NCBI RefSeq assembly: GCF_018977255.1 | Contig: NW_024704743.1 | Coordinates: 107,634,001-107,698,000 of the forward strand | DNA from: Callorhinchus milii | Lineage: Eukaryota | Reading direction: 5' to 3' | DNA: 64,000 bases | Part shown: positions 38,321-52,410 of the stretch, piece after piece | Layout: every line of letters begins with the position of its first letter | How positions within the stretch are numbered: the stretch's first letter is position 1 | Made by a program: the position numbers and the translations under genes | Notes under the pieces: model-generated | What the model was told of the DNA's origin: nothing | The model's database searches: none | What the model saw: the letters and a program-made list of their open reading frames with translations, nothing else

Positions 38321-40079
38321 CCATGTGATTCTATTTAATTCTGTGTAAAATGTCTGATCATTAAATCAACATGTATTTGGTCATTTCAGTTAAAGCATAC
38401 TGCTATACTGCTCTAAATAAATCCTAAAAACCTCAATCGGGTAAAAGCCTATTCTGCTATCAGCAACTATATGGTCAATGTTTGTATTCTGTTCGAATGT
38501 GAGTTATACGGTTCACGATCTATGGAAGCTCTACAAATTAGAAAATCACAGATAATTTCCAAAATTGAGAACATTCATCGAACTGGCAAGTAAAGTAGAT
38601 CTGAACTGTATATCGAAACAGACTGTCAAGACTGTTGTGTTCTAAACCAAAGGTTTTCTCTCAGTCCTTCTAGATAATGGTTTTGAAACATAAATCAAAG
38701 AAATAAAGGATGAAAATGTATATCCTGTTGGAGTGTTTAGGATGGTGTATTTTATTAAACCGTCACATTTCCTTTCAAATCGCTTTCAATTTGTCAATGG
38801 TTTGTCTATCAAAAACTTGTAAAAAGATGAAATCTGAAAGCATTGTTCAAAAAGTTGCTTAATTGCATTGGTTAGTTTTTACAAACCTTAGGCCAGAACA
38901 AATAGAAGGTAAATTGACCATCCAAAACATTACAAAACATCAGGCTTCATACTTATTATGGCAGCATTGGAAAGGAAAATGTTAAACGTTTTGGGTTTGA
39001 TCAGAAGGTTGGGAGCACAGTTAAAAGGAGAGAGCCAAAAAATACAAGAATTGAGAAAAGGTTGGCCAGCATTCCAGACTGGAAAGGTGTGATACAGTAC
39101 ATGTGCACTTCTTTGCTTCCTGAACTGTGCAGTTTGTGCCAGGACAATAAAATGCTTCAAAATAAGCTCTTGCTTTCAGGGTTGCACAATTGGAAAAACT
39201 TAGATTGGAGACATTTAACCCCAAATTGCTCTCTGAATTACCATAAAGTGGCAAACCTCTGCACTATAGTTTTTAAGAAGCTAGTTTTAGCAAGAAATCA
39301 GTTTTTTCTCTTCGCTCCTTCACTCTCTCCACCCCCCCCCCAACTACCCCCGCCCCGAAGAGTGTGGTTATTACTAGGGTGTATTTTTGTGGCACAGGGA
39401 GTTCCTCAGGACCATGTTTAAGTCACCACTCTTGTGTATGATTACAGCTAGCAGACTACCAAACTACTATCTTTAGCTGAAGGACCATGACAAATGAGCT
39501 GTAGCAAGCCTTTCATCAACTGACATCCACACAGGCACTTTCCAAAAAAGTACAACTGTACACCCAAGCTCAATCTTTGTGTTATACAGTGTTCACATCA
39601 GACTTTTCCAAGTGGAGTCACTGGATAAAGATCAGACCAGGGAATCGTAGCTCCACTGCCTTCCACAAGCCCAACAACACTGATGCCTATTGTGGCATCT
39701 CCACTCCAAATTTTAATTAGATATTCCATCCAGGATCAAACTCGGGACCTTTCAGTAACTCAGTGCTGCATCCATGTGCTGTATTTGCTCAGTAAATCAT
39801 CTGAGCTGGGGTTACATTAAACCCTTGTACCTTTCTGAGTAGTGGCCTGCCAAGGATATTGTTCACATTTACCCCCAGTGAGGCTTATTGTGAATAATGA
39901 TTAATACAAAAAACCTGATTTTAAAATATTGTCTTCATGACTCTATGGGAAAGTAAGAGTTTTACTATTTAAGTATAAGTAAGTTTGAATTAAACCTAAG
40001 TCGTGTAATGAGGAAAAGTTAAATAGCCATTTTACAGGAACAAGCACACAAAGTTTCATTGAAAAATACCAACTGACTT

Positions 40080-40845
40080 TCAACAATTTATATAGCGCTC
40101 TGCATGCAGGGTAGTGTTGCAGAGCGCTTCACAGTGGCAGGGTCTGACAACGAGCCAAGGGGAGAGGGAGGAGGGAGGTGACTGTAAGCGCGATCAAAAA
40201 GAAAGGGATTTGAAGGTGGGATGGAGAGAGCAGGGCGGAGGGAGAGAGTTCCAGAGTTTCAGGGTGTAGTGGCTGAAGGCACTGCACCAAAGGTGGAACG
40301 GAGGGCACGAGGGACAAATAGGCCGGAGGCAATGGGTGGTGAAAGTGGGGGTTAAGCAGGTTGTTTAGGTAGAGAGGTGTAAGGGAATGAAGTGATTTGA
40401 AAATGAGTGACAGGATCTTGACGTTGATTCGTTCGTTGATTGGGAGCCAATGGAGCCTGGCAAGGACAGGTATGATGGGGGTATGGAGTTTTGTACGGGT
40501 GAATATCCAGGCAGCAGAGTTTTGAATTAATTGGATTTTGTGGATGATGGAGCTGGAGAGACCAGCGAGGAGGGCATTGGAATAGTCCAGCCGGGAAGCG
40601 ACGAAGGCGTGGACGACGGTTTCAGCTGCATTAGTTGTGAGGTATGGACCGAGGCGGGTAATGTGGCGAAGGTGGAAAAAAACGGTCTTGACCAGGGAAC
40701 GGATGTGCGTGCGGTAGAAAGGAAAGCTGTGGGTCGAACCTGATGCCTAAGTTGCGCACGGTTTTGGAGAGTCTTAGGGAGAGCCTGAGGAGGTTGAGTT
40801 GTTCAGACCTGCAGGAGAGAAGACATTGATGGGAAGCCAACCTTC
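40080..40845 (-). mobile_element. L2 LINE 3' fragment, decayed
   Basis: VRNLGIRFDPQLSF motif; tail at 40080-40135. Confidence 0.88.
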
Positions 40846-40862
40846 AAGATATTTCTGATAGG

Positions 40863-41275
40863 CTCCGTGATCCTATCACCCCCATCCATGCCCAACTCCA
40901 CTGGCTTCCCATTACACAGAGGGTACAGATCAAGATCCTGGTCCTCACCTTCAAAGCCCTCCATGGCCTTGTTCCTCCCTACCTCTACGACTTCCTAACC
41001 CTACTATCCTATTCGCTCCCTCCGCTCAGCAGGTTCTGGCCTGCTTCACGCCCCCCGTCTTGCTCACCCCACTATAGGTGGGCGGGCCTTCCGCCATTCT
41101 GCACCCACCCTCTGGAACTCCTCTTTGACCGTGCTTTCAATCTCCCTGCTTTCCCCCCGCCCTCCCTCCCATCCCAACCCTCAGCTCGGGTCCGAAACTC
41201 TTGTTTGTCCAGCGCCTTGGAACGTCCTCCCGACTTGAAAAGCACTATATAAATGTAATTTTGTTGTTATTGTTG
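40863..41275 (+). mobile_element. L2 LINE 3' fragment
   Basis: Similar to 60745-61208 (CACTGGCTTCC, AAGATCCTGGTCCTCAC, CTCTGGAA) and ends in the L2 tail. Confidence 0.9.
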
Positions 41276-44200
41276 AGCAAGAGAATGGCATTCTGGTGGC
41301 TCTTGTGGAGAGAAAACGCAAGTTCAGCTGTAATGGGTCAAATAATCCATGTCTGTGCTGTAACAATTTTATCTCTGTTAAAACTGAATTTGAAATCAAT
41401 TTTTTCTAATTTATGTTGATATCAATTTGCTGAAATTAGTTATCACAGCAACATTGCATATTGGAAAATTAAATGGCAAATTATTTATGTACTGTTTATA
41501 GTTTTAAATTTAAACAATGTCTGACTGGAAAGTAACTGAATATGTGATATAACACTCCAAAAGTGACGCATCAAATAGTTGAAGTGCACTGAAATATAGT
41601 TTAAGATCAACGGCTGCTTTGAAAGAAATTGTTGACATACTTGAGTCTGACATATTGAGCCCACAGAATAATAGGCTACTGCCTTGTTGTGGCAGTTATA
41701 GGACGATTGGCAGATCTCATATTTAGGATTCTGCAATCCATGCCCTGTGATGTGCCTGAAGACATGGGATTGCCATAAAAAGGTGATGTCTAAACATAGA
41801 GGGTTTCTTTATAAATAATTGTAAAGTATTTGTAAATGAAGCTGCTTGTTGTTTTTGTCGATTTCCTCTCTTTGTCCCCAACCCCCAATTGAAAACTGCC
41901 CCTGAAAGTGGTGTTTGCTGATTTATTCCCAGTCATTGATGTACAAATTCCTCAAATGGGATTTGCAATAAGGGAATTGCATCAATTAGAAATACCTCAT
42001 TGTGCTGTTGATTAACTGTTTTCAAAACGAAAATTGATAGCGGTGGCAACATGGAAAGATGGCGCATGCACAAACCCAAAGTCACGAATCTTTTCTGTCT
42101 CGAGACTTTCTCCACTGAGTGAGGAAGATTTGTACAAGGCAGCAAAAAAGAAACACCACATTGCAGACTCATATGGATCTATGGGCAGTGGCTGGTGCAG
42201 TGAATTCATGCAATGGAATTGATGTTGATCATAAATGTTTTGTTTGTAAATTTATTGAAGTGGTTGCTTTTTGGAGTGTCATACATCCATTATCTAAAAG
42301 CTCTGCACATATATCATCTCGGTGATCTACAGGAAAATAAATTTTTCTTAAGATATGCATGTTTACAGTTTGTTCTGCACAACCAACTGCTGAAAGGAAG
42401 GCGATTTTTGTTTCACTTCACGGAGCTTTGTTCTCATCTCTTGGTTTGAGTAAAATTGCAAACTTTGTAGGTGTATTTATCATTGTCTAAATAGTTGTTT
42501 ACAGGAAATGGTGCTTAACCCATACCATTGTGGTTTATTAACCTTGCAACTTAATTTTTTTTCATTTGTACAAAATTGATTTCACATATGTCTAAACTAT
42601 AATCCATTAAAACACTATGGTTTATAACAAACCTTTGACTTGGGTGAATATTTTTTAATGGGAGAATAAGGTTTTGCAAGACATTTGGATATGAAATTTA
42701 TGGAAGACCAAACAGGCTGTTAGTGGCGCTTCACTCCCGGCTGTCATGATACTTGGAATTGCAGACATTTCAATAGAATAAGCACAAGATTTTTTCAATT
42801 TGCAAGAGCACTAAAAAAGGACCAGTGTGGATTTGAAAGTCCCAATAGGCTTATAATTCAAACTAAAATGCTAATGAGCCATGTGGCCTAATTATGCTTG
42901 AGGATAATTCTCTTCTGCAAAAATCATGTTAACATAACTTGCAAATATATGTATGCACCGTCTGCCTTCCTTTGGAAACTTGCACATTTCCTGCACTACA
43001 ACATGCTGCAAAAATTGTTTTGTGGTGGCCATATTTATAAAACTATACTTATTGACTGGCTGAATGGCCTACTCTTGTTCCTATGCAGTGACTGGAACAT
43101 AATTTTGTATGTTCGTACTCTCGTGTAAATCTTTTAATAAAATGGACTCTGTCTTTAACAGTTTGTGTACTGTGTAAATTGATCACAAAAATATTGGACA
43201 CAGAGACCAAACAAACATAAACCTGAGTTGGGGATTCTAGCTGATTTGTTTACCTCACAATTCTTCTCTACTTTGAAGCCATTTGATCCTTTTTCTCTCT
43301 GGGATATGGGTGTGATTGCATTCTAGGTCTTCACTTAAATGGCCAATCTTCATGTGTGATCCTTGGTGGAGTGTCAGTGGGGGTGGGGTGGGGGGCAGCA
43401 TCACAGCCTGTCCTGATTTCCTCACCCAATGCCCACTGTGATCCACTAACAGATAATCAGTAATGGGAGCCCTACCTTTGTTTTACCCCTCATCCCGATC
43501 CCTGGAATATTTTATTGACAATTGTAGAATTCCTAATGTATAATCTGATTTTGGCTAATTCAGCACAGATCAAGAAATAAGAACCAGAATCTTGGTTTGT
43601 GATAATGGGTCCATCTATGAGAAAGAGTGAATACTTCTGATATAAAATACTTCCTTTGTCCCCCCGCCTATGTTGTTAAAACTGCCGTAGTACCTTAATA
43701 AGAATCTCGAACATGTAAGCTGACTCGGTAGAGCGGTGTAATTTCCTTTTTTGTTGGATTACAATTGCAACTAATGTCTTGCTTGAGGGCCAGTCTTGGG
43801 AATGCTACAACATGCTTTACCAGCAGTGATACAATGTGGGACCGCACCTGTGATCCCACACACAGCTCCCGATTTCAAGCCTGACACTGTGGCAAGTTGC
43901 CAAGTGGCGGTCAGGCACTTCCCCCATAGGAAGGGGGAGAATAGTTCTATTTCAGTAGAGCATTGTCATTTAAAAGAAAATACATTTTGTTTTTATAGTG
44001 TCTTATCGCCTCAAACTGAGCCAAGGAGAGATAAATCTGTTTCCTAATAGGATCCTCCATCAGAGGCCGTACTTACAGCCACTATACCCCAAAACTATGG
44101 AACTCTCTCCCTCAATCCCTCAATTCTTCGGGCATACGTTTAGTATTGTACATAAAAGTAAAAATAGATGCAAAATTCTGAAAGCGATTAGATAATGTCC

Positions 44201-44526
44201 TCATAAAACATGTGTATTTGATGCTGTCTAAAAATTTTAAATCAGTCTAAATTAGCCTTTTTTAGCTGAATTGTGCTTTAAAACATTGTGTTATACAGTC
44301 CTGCCCACTTTTGTCGACATTGGTGGTCACAAGCAGACGATAGGTATTCTGTCATTACAATGTCTGTAAGTGGGGTCCCCTTGGAGCTGAACTGGCCCCA
44401 AAGGATACTCTCCTCCTCCCCCCCCCCCCCCCCCCCCCCCAGCAGTCTTGATGCTTTGGGCAGGTTGGAAGCTGATTAGAGGGATGTGTCCAGGGAATGG
44501 TTGAAATGTTCATCTTACAGAGGAAA

Positions 44527-44800
44527 GAGCCTGTAGCTCAGTGGTTAGAGCACACACCTCGCAAGCGAGAGACCTGGATTTGATTCCCAGCAGGGCAAAA
44601 CCTTGAGCAAGTTTCCTTACTCCATATGCCTGATAATAATCCCTCAAGAAAAAAAATAATAATTTGGTCACTTCAATCCACGACTGTTTGTGGGATACTG
44701 CTGTGTGCAATTAGCTACCATGTTTTGCCCACAAATATACAGTCAATAGAGCTTTGAGACATCTAGAAGATGTGAAAAGCACTATAGCAAGGATTATATC
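44527..44800 (+). mobile_element. tRNA-Ala-derived SINE, more diverged copy
   Basis: Collinear with the 37605 copy, with a short deletion before the tail. Confidence 0.9.
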
Positions 44801-45626
44801 ATTATATAAGAGGTAAATTGGGGGTAAGCTGAGGGCCAACTAGGTGTTCCAATACTGTGGAGAAATTATTAGAAGTTGAGATGAATGCATACTTTCAACA
44901 AAATATCTATCATCTCTAATATATCCCCCCATATAATTGAAATTGGCATTTATTTATGACAGATAGTTGGTTCTACGTTTCAACCTGCCATCGCACCACA
45001 AGCAAACCTGATAGCATTACTTTTTCCTACTTCTCCGCAAAAGGGCTGCTTTTGCCAATTATCCATTACACTTGGCTAGGAAAGGCTTGAGCTGTTTGAA
45101 GGCAGACTGAATGGGCTGATTCAGATCTAAATCGGATTCCCATGTGGGTAGAATGGAGCAGTCAGAGTTGCAGCATCATTCACCCTTCAGATGCACTATA
45201 AATGAGTATCTATTATTTCCAAGCCTTTTAAGCATTTGATTTCCTGACCAATGATCAAATCCACCTTTCCAAAAAATTCAACTTCTTGTGCACAGCTGAA
45301 GTTTCACAAACCTTTGACAGGATATTGAGGGACTTCGACCTCACAATATGACCAATTTTCTAGATGCGGCTACACTGCTTGTTATGGATTTTAGCTTCAC
45401 TTTACAAAGATGACACCTTTACTTCGAATAATTAGGCCATACCCTCCACTCCAATGAGAGTAAGTAAAACTGCCTTTGTGAGGAATTGTGTCTCAATTGG
45501 CTTGATTGGCTGTCACTCAGGAACTCTGACATAGGAATCTGGAAGATCGTTGATAAACAAAAATAAATGTGACTATTGGTCAGGAAATCGTGCGCACCTC
45601 AAATGCATTTCTATAGAATCAACTTT

Positions 45627-45815
45627 AACAACAAAAACAGTAACTTGCATTTATATAGCGCCCTCCACGCCAGGTGGTGTCAGAGCGCTTAACAATGGTG
45701 GAGCCCGAGGCCAAGCCAGGGGGAGGGGGAAGGTGACCGTAAGCACGGTCGAAGATGAATGTCTTCAGGTGCGACTTAAAGATAGGGAAGGAGGGGGCAA
45801 GGTGAAGGGGTTGAT
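45627..45815 (-). mobile_element. L2 LINE 3' end
   Basis: Closely similar to 33300-33485. Confidence 0.88.
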
Positions 45816-47029
45816 GGAGGATTTAGTGATTGAAGAGGCCACCCTTACATAGAACCAAGAGTTGGATCTCGTATGCAATGATTTGTAACAAGCCCCAAAC
45901 AGTAACTCTTGGTGGTAATTAGAAGTGTAGCACGCCAACTGGTAAACATACGTGGATGACGTCCGAATGCAGATTGGCATGATGCCCTTCTAGGTACTGC
46001 AAGAATTGTTACATATGATTGAAATATCTACACTGATGGTTGAAAAGATGGATCTTGGTTCTGTGGATTCTGAAGACGATCCATTTTTGAGTCCTTCGCA
46101 CATCAGTACATGTGGTAAAATTCAAATATTCATGAAATCCTGATCTGCAGTATAACATTATGGCATTGCTAGGTATTTTTATATTAATGTACAGTCTAGT
46201 TATGTTCCAGGTGGATCACGTACCACACAATGTACTGGATGGTTGGTTTTGTATTCTAGAGTCTATAGCCAGATAATTCATATCCATATAAAATTCAAAG
46301 GGAAAGTCTTATTTAGTCTTTAGTGCTGATACTCACCTTAGTTGTTTAACCTTTTGGACAGATATTGTCATTTCCATTTTGTGGTGATAATACACTTATT
46401 CAAAATGTCCAACTCCTGTAAAATACAGGTGTAGGGAATTCTTTGCTACAGTTGTGCAACACATAAATGATGTGGAACAGAATGATGGGCAAAATAGGAA
46501 ATAGGTTCTCTCGGCAGTTCAAATGTTAACGATCACTATTAACTATTAGGCAGCAGAGATTGACAAGAAAAATGTACAATAGACAATTAATTGGCTTTGA
46601 AGGAGACTGTGTACCATTTGGTTGAGTGAGAAGTGACCCAAGAGCTCACGCTAATGTACTGTTATAGGTGACTGGATCTAGCATACTCAGCTGGTTGGCC
46701 TCAGCCATCTGTTCTTATTTACAAAAAACTGTTTTACTTCAGAAGATATTTACACTTCTAGGATTCCATTTGGTTTCAACTACCAAAGGCTTCAGCAGTT
46801 GCAAATGCATTTTTTAAAAAAAAACATCAGCGCGGTAGCTTTGAATTTTAGCTTACATCATCCTTGATATTTCCGTGGATAAAAGTCTTATGGAATCTAT
46901 TGGTTAGTTATTTTCTCTCTCTCACCAGACATGTTGATCTTCCCTCATGTGTGTCTTAGGAGAAACAAAATGCATAGTTGAAATTAGTCACCTGAATTCT
47001 GAGGTGGTACAGCAGAAGCTGGTAATGAT

Positions 47030-47375
47030 AATGCTGGATAAGAGAAGTCTCAGGCGATCTTATTGAAGTTTACGAAATCCTAAAGGTTATAGATAAACGG
47101 AACCCTAAAAATAGCATAGTCAAACTATATTAACTCTTATACAATGGTGCATGGACTCATTTTCATAAAAATTATGTTTAATATGCTGTTGAATTTAAGT
47201 ACATGAGTGGGCAATTCGGGAGATACTTGAGGTGGATTGTGCCAGAAAGTTAAGATGGAATTAGATAGCTATTTGAAGAAGAAATTTAAAGAGCTGTGAA
47301 AATAGCATGGATGATTTTCATTTTACCTGAACAGACAGATGAACCTCAATGGTCTTTCCAATAATGTACATTTCT
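47030..47375 (+). mobile_element. Decayed CR1 LINE 3' end
   Basis: GATCTTATTGAAGTTTACGAAATCCTAAAGG reads DLIEVYEILK, a degenerate CR1 GDLIEVYKI motif. Confidence 0.65.
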
Positions 47376-47791
47376 GTCTTTCTACCTCCTCTCCCCATAA
47401 AGTTAAATTCAGGCTGGATCTGCAGTTTAGGAGATGAATTAGAGGTTGGGGTGGTGGAAAATTAGCTGGTGTTCCCTCTTCTGATTACTATTCAGTGACT
47501 TCTGCTGGAAATTGTAGATTCCAGGTGAGAACCAGATTCTGCGACCAGGAACAATCTTGGTCCATTTTGCTTTTATGTTTTTTTGCCCCCTTTCCCCAAT
47601 CAGACTGCATTGCCTATGACATGAACATTGGACTAAAGCTTTTATTTAGAAAGTTTGTTAATTTGGTTCTTGATGTAAATAAGAATGTTTCGTTGAAAAA
47701 TTGTGTTTATTTTCTTCCAAGCACATTCTTTTGCAGAGATTAAGATTTTTCTTCAGTTTGTTCTCATGTTGTTTTTTTTCACATCTTTTAG

Positions 47792-48147
47792 CTTTCAAAT
47801 ACATCAGCTGACACTCCAACAGACATGACTCAGGTTAGTGGACAGAATGCCCAGTTAGCAAGTGGAGATGAACGACAGAAGTCACTGGAGCAACAGAGAA
47901 AGCAAGAGAAGGCCAATCGCATTGTGGCTGAAGCCATTGCAAAAGCGAAAGCTCGGGGTGAGCAGAATATTCCCAAGGTGGTTGACCAGCTGGTGGTCTC
48001 CAGCACCACCACGGTGGATGGCTCAACCGAAAAGAAAAAGAAGAAGAAACCAAAGGAGAAGAAAGACCCTAAGGACCCCAAAGAAGTCAAGGAAAAAAAA
48101 CCCAAGTCAACTGCAACTCCTAAAATCAAGACCAACAAGAAAGCAAG
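47792..48147 (+). CDS. CHD7: CHD7 second coding exon (exon 3 equivalent), lysine-rich
   Basis: Polypyrimidine tract with TTTTAG acceptor (AG 47790-47791). Phase 0 reads LSNTSADTPTDMTQVSGQNAQL...EKKKKKKPKEKKDPKDPKE...KKA, in frame with the previous exon. Donor AG|GTAGGA (GT 48148-48149), 356 nt, phase 2. DMTQVSG and KKDPK.PKE match CHD7 exon 3. Confidence 0.93.
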
Positions 48148-50254
48148 GTAGGACATTTTGATCAAGATTAGACATTTTTCTTGTTGCATTTTATATATGT
48201 TTTTTGCTTGAACATATGAAATATAACATATTTGCAGTCTAATCCTATGCAGAAGCCATTCCAACAATCTATCTTTGGGATTTCCACGTGTAGAAATCTC
48301 ATGGAAATCTCATATTGGCGATGGGTTTTCACATGTGTCAGACACCTGTTTGAATCCCAAAAAACGTTTTTAAATGTTATTTGCTCTTGCTCTACACAGT
48401 AAACTTCAACTTCCATCTGATCCCCACCAAGTATTTTCTGCAAATTTGTAATAAATCACAAAGGAAATTGATATTCTTCTGTGTAGATTATCTAGTATTG
48501 CAAGCTTGTAAAAGCAATGATGCTGGAACTTTATAGAAAGACATAACATTTACATTTGATTGGAAAAAAATTAAATAATATTTAGCCCAATTGAAGTGTT
48601 CAGAATAATGCAATTTTCATAAAGTGCTCAAAATTTATTCCTTGTGTGTACTGCTGAACATATTAAAACTTTGTAGTAGATACTGGTATCCACGTGTTTG
48701 TTTTGTAATTTGGCCAATTTTTGTTGGTAACTGCAGTTTTACAGGACTATGCTTGAATTGTGCTGGAGACCCATTCCTGAAACCACTTGGAGGAAGTAGT
48801 TTCAGGAGTAGTGTGATTCGCACCAGCGAAGTGTGAGAATCACATTAGCCATGTTCTTCCATCCTCCATTCAAAGTTTTTTCACAATTCACTCATGCTGG
48901 AAACGTTGGATATATCTTTAAATGTTGGGGATAATTGAACAAAAGTTTTTTTAAACTTTTTTCTTTGGCCCTGATTTAAATCTATGCGTAGAGGAAAGTA
49001 TAAATTGACTCTTCAAGCTGTACTGCCAAGAATTAAAGTGACTTTGCACTTGGCAGTATAAGTATGACATTATATGCAAGTTGCAACTTCTTGAACAAGG
49101 AATCTATAATTTTAAAGTTTTATCTTCAGTGTTTGTGTTGCAGTGCTGAAGGCAAAATTCCAGGCAAAGTTCCAAAATTCTATACTTCCTGAAGATAGTG
49201 AAACCATCAAGACTCCATTAGAAATTTACCACATCCATTATTGAACCTGAGCTAAGGGGGAAAAATACTGTAATCAAATCTTTTTGATAATTTTTTTGTG
49301 GTACTAATATATACCCATTGGTTTTAGTTGAACTTGTTCAGCCATACAACTCGAGAATGCTTCAGGAGTCTAAATCGCAGTTTAGCCTGAAAAGTGGGTT
49401 CAACACTGGTTTTATTATACACTTGGGGCAAGTTTATGGGAAACAACATTCATTTCAAATGCCAGTTGGCAGTGCTTTCTAATCATTCAGACAAAACAGT
49501 TGATCATGAAATCTTCTCTCACATGTGACTGCTGTTCAGCTAATCAGACTAGTATTTCAGTGGAAGGGTATATTTACTTTGTAAGCTGTCAGAAGTGAGC
49601 AAATAGCTTTTACAGCCCTCTACAGCGAATCAGAAGTTTACCAAGGCATATGGTGGGTAGATGTCTCATGCCTGTTACATTCCTGATCAATTTACTATAT
49701 ATGTGGTCATGTTGTTGAAATTCAGATCTGATAATGGCAAGACAAAGCCGAATAATGTTCATGACATTGTGCTCACTTGCCAGAAGTACAATGGACTTTT
49801 TTTTAAATTAAAAAAAGAATCCTCACCCCTCAGTAACCCACAACATTCCTTGACCAGGACGCCTTGCATATACCACTATTGAGGGTTTTTTTTTCTTGTT
49901 CCCTTCCTGTTGTGAAACTTCGAGCAGAAGGCCAAGTTGAAATTGGAATGCTCTATTTGGAATGCTGAATACAAACCAGCACTATCTGTATGTGACCTAG
50001 TGCGCTAGTGCACATACTTGCTGCTCGTATAAAGTATTTTGTAAATACTTATAATTTAACACTAATTTATAATGGGTCTGGGTTCACAGCACAAAATATC
50101 TGTGATTTGGTCATTGATCAGTGTTGAATCCAGTTTTTGTATTTACACTGAAGCTTTTATTTTTTCCCCAGGAACCAGCTCATTTGACTGCTGTCTGCCC
50201 TATTTTTTTTTTAAAAATTCACACAGCTTTTCAATATATTAAGCCTTCTCCAAG

Positions 50255-50510
50255 CCGAAGGGTAATATAGTTAGGGGAGTTCTCTGAACAGAAAGTATTG
50301 GAGGTGGAGGGCAGGGGGTGTGGGAGTGTGGCCAAAGGCATGGTGGAAGAGGAAGGTCTTTTGATGGGACTTGAAGGAGGCAAGGGAGGGGTGAGGTAGA
50401 AGGATTGCAGGCTAGAGTTCCAGATTGTGGAGGCAAAGATGCTGAATGCACGACCTCCAATTGTGGGTCGGGAAATGTGGGGGACCTGGAGCAGGCTGGT
50501 GATGGCACAT
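50255..50510 (-). mobile_element. Decayed L2 3' fragment
   Basis: AGAGTTCCAGATTGTGGAGGC and GGAAGGTCTTT...GACTTGAAGGAGGC match the reverse complement of 60980-61080. Confidence 0.7.
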
Positions 50511-52039
50511 GATTAGATGTACAGTAAAGAAGCAATTGGTCCTGCCACTGTGTTTATGAGGGCTTCAGTAAAATGTTGTTTTTGCTTTCCCCCTTTTGGG
50601 ATTTTTGTTTAGGTTTTTTGTGTACTGCGATTTGAGACCTCTGTTCACTCGGTGGAGAGTGCTCCTTGAATGAGCATTTGCTGAGAATGTGGGAGAAAGC
50701 AGGGTGAGGGGAGATTATCTTTATGTGCCATTTTGTGTTTTACAACGATTGCAATTATAAATGGATAATCCTTTATAACATGTAGAAAAGTAATCACGGA
50801 TGCCTACTACAGAGCCATCCTACCCATGGTCCTATACTGAAATAGTCAGTAATTTCAGTGAATTAATTACATTTTGTTTTACTTGGTGCCCTCCTAGGGG
50901 TAAATTTAGAAACTACTGTAAAGGAAATTCCAAAGGCCGGCAGGCATTCTGTAGAAATTTTCATTCAGCACCATGCAATACCTCTAACTATGCTTTGGAG
51001 CAGGTGGCTGCCTTCAGTTCTTGTCTCTTCCATTTGCACTAATGCTAGTGAAGTTTCTTGAAGGCATGCTGCATCTATTTGAAACAGATATGCAATCAGA
51101 TTTTTACAATTGATTCATTTATTGGCCCCAAAAATTCTGCAACACGTAAGCCAGAACTTTCCTATAATCGGCCTTTTCTGTACTCAACAGTTTTAAGTGG
51201 ATTGACTTATATAGGCTATGTAGTGAAGTGTTTTTGGTGGACAGGAGTGGGGGGAGCAAACCGCTTCCTAATATTTTGCCCTCTTGGCACTTTCTCATAA
51301 GTTCCAGCACATTTCTACTACAAATGAATGAATGCAGCAGCAGCCATAATGGCACAGTGAAGATTTGGCATTTTTGAAAGACACATTTATATTCCATTCT
51401 ATATGTAATTTTAAAGTACTACAACTGAACTTTGTGTCTGTATTATGTTCCATTATTGTAATAGTGAATGGCTCAGCTTTCTTTAACTACACCTGTCTCC
51501 TGACCATAAGTGATTTAGCAGCTGGCAAAATAGCTAAAGGAATTGGACAGCTGGAGAAGCAATTCCATATATATGTACAAGCATTGGGTGTTTATTTCTG
51601 TATAGCCTGCTCATTCAATGTGATTATTAGTCACTTCATCTCTTTCACACAGATCATTCAGGCTTTAAATGTATCTTTAGAATCTACAATTTACAGAACT
51701 CCCTCCTCCACAATTGCTCCCAAAGACACTGACTGCTGCTAGGGTTGCTCAGTGGGTGCTGGTAGTTTTCTCTAGTACCTTCACAAATGGCTATTTGACC
51801 ACGAAGGTCATCACAGCTGAGCCTGAACCTGTTCTCACCCGACATCTACATGTGCACTTTCCAGCAGGAGCCACTGGATAGTGATCAAGGTCACAGGTCA
51901 ATTGCAGGCTGTCTGTCTAGGCTCATGCAATACCCCAGTGGTATTTTGGGGGTGGGGTTTCTGGTGGCCATGGAACTGTAGGACAGGACAAGTCAAGTTT
52001 TGCTGAAGAGTGAAAGATTAAGAGAATAAATAAATGAAT

Positions 52040-52410
52040 TGTCCATTTGAAAAGCACCTTTATCGTTGTGTAGCAACAGGGAGTGACCGTAATGTAGGCA
52101 AACCTTTTGGTTCATCTTTGTAAGCAACATCTCACAAATAGCAGTGAAATAAATGTCCAATTAATCTGATTTTTTTGGATGAGAGGCATAGTGACCCAGC
52201 TACTGGGGCTGCTCTTTGAAAAAGCTCCACTAGACTGCCAGATGGGACTTCTGTTTAATGTCTCATCTGGAGGCTTGTACTTCCAACAATGCAGCACTCT
52301 GTAAATGCAGTGTCAGCCTCGATTATGAGCTCAAGTCCTTGTGTGGGGCCTGAACCCACAACCTCCTGACCCAGAGGTGAGTGTGCTGCTGACCAAGCCA
52401 AACTGACACC
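52040..52410 (-). mobile_element. Deu-domain SINE, diverged
   Basis: GTTTAATGTCTCATCTG, CAACAATGCAGCACT and head TGAACCCACAACCTCCTGAC match the other copies. Confidence 0.7.
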
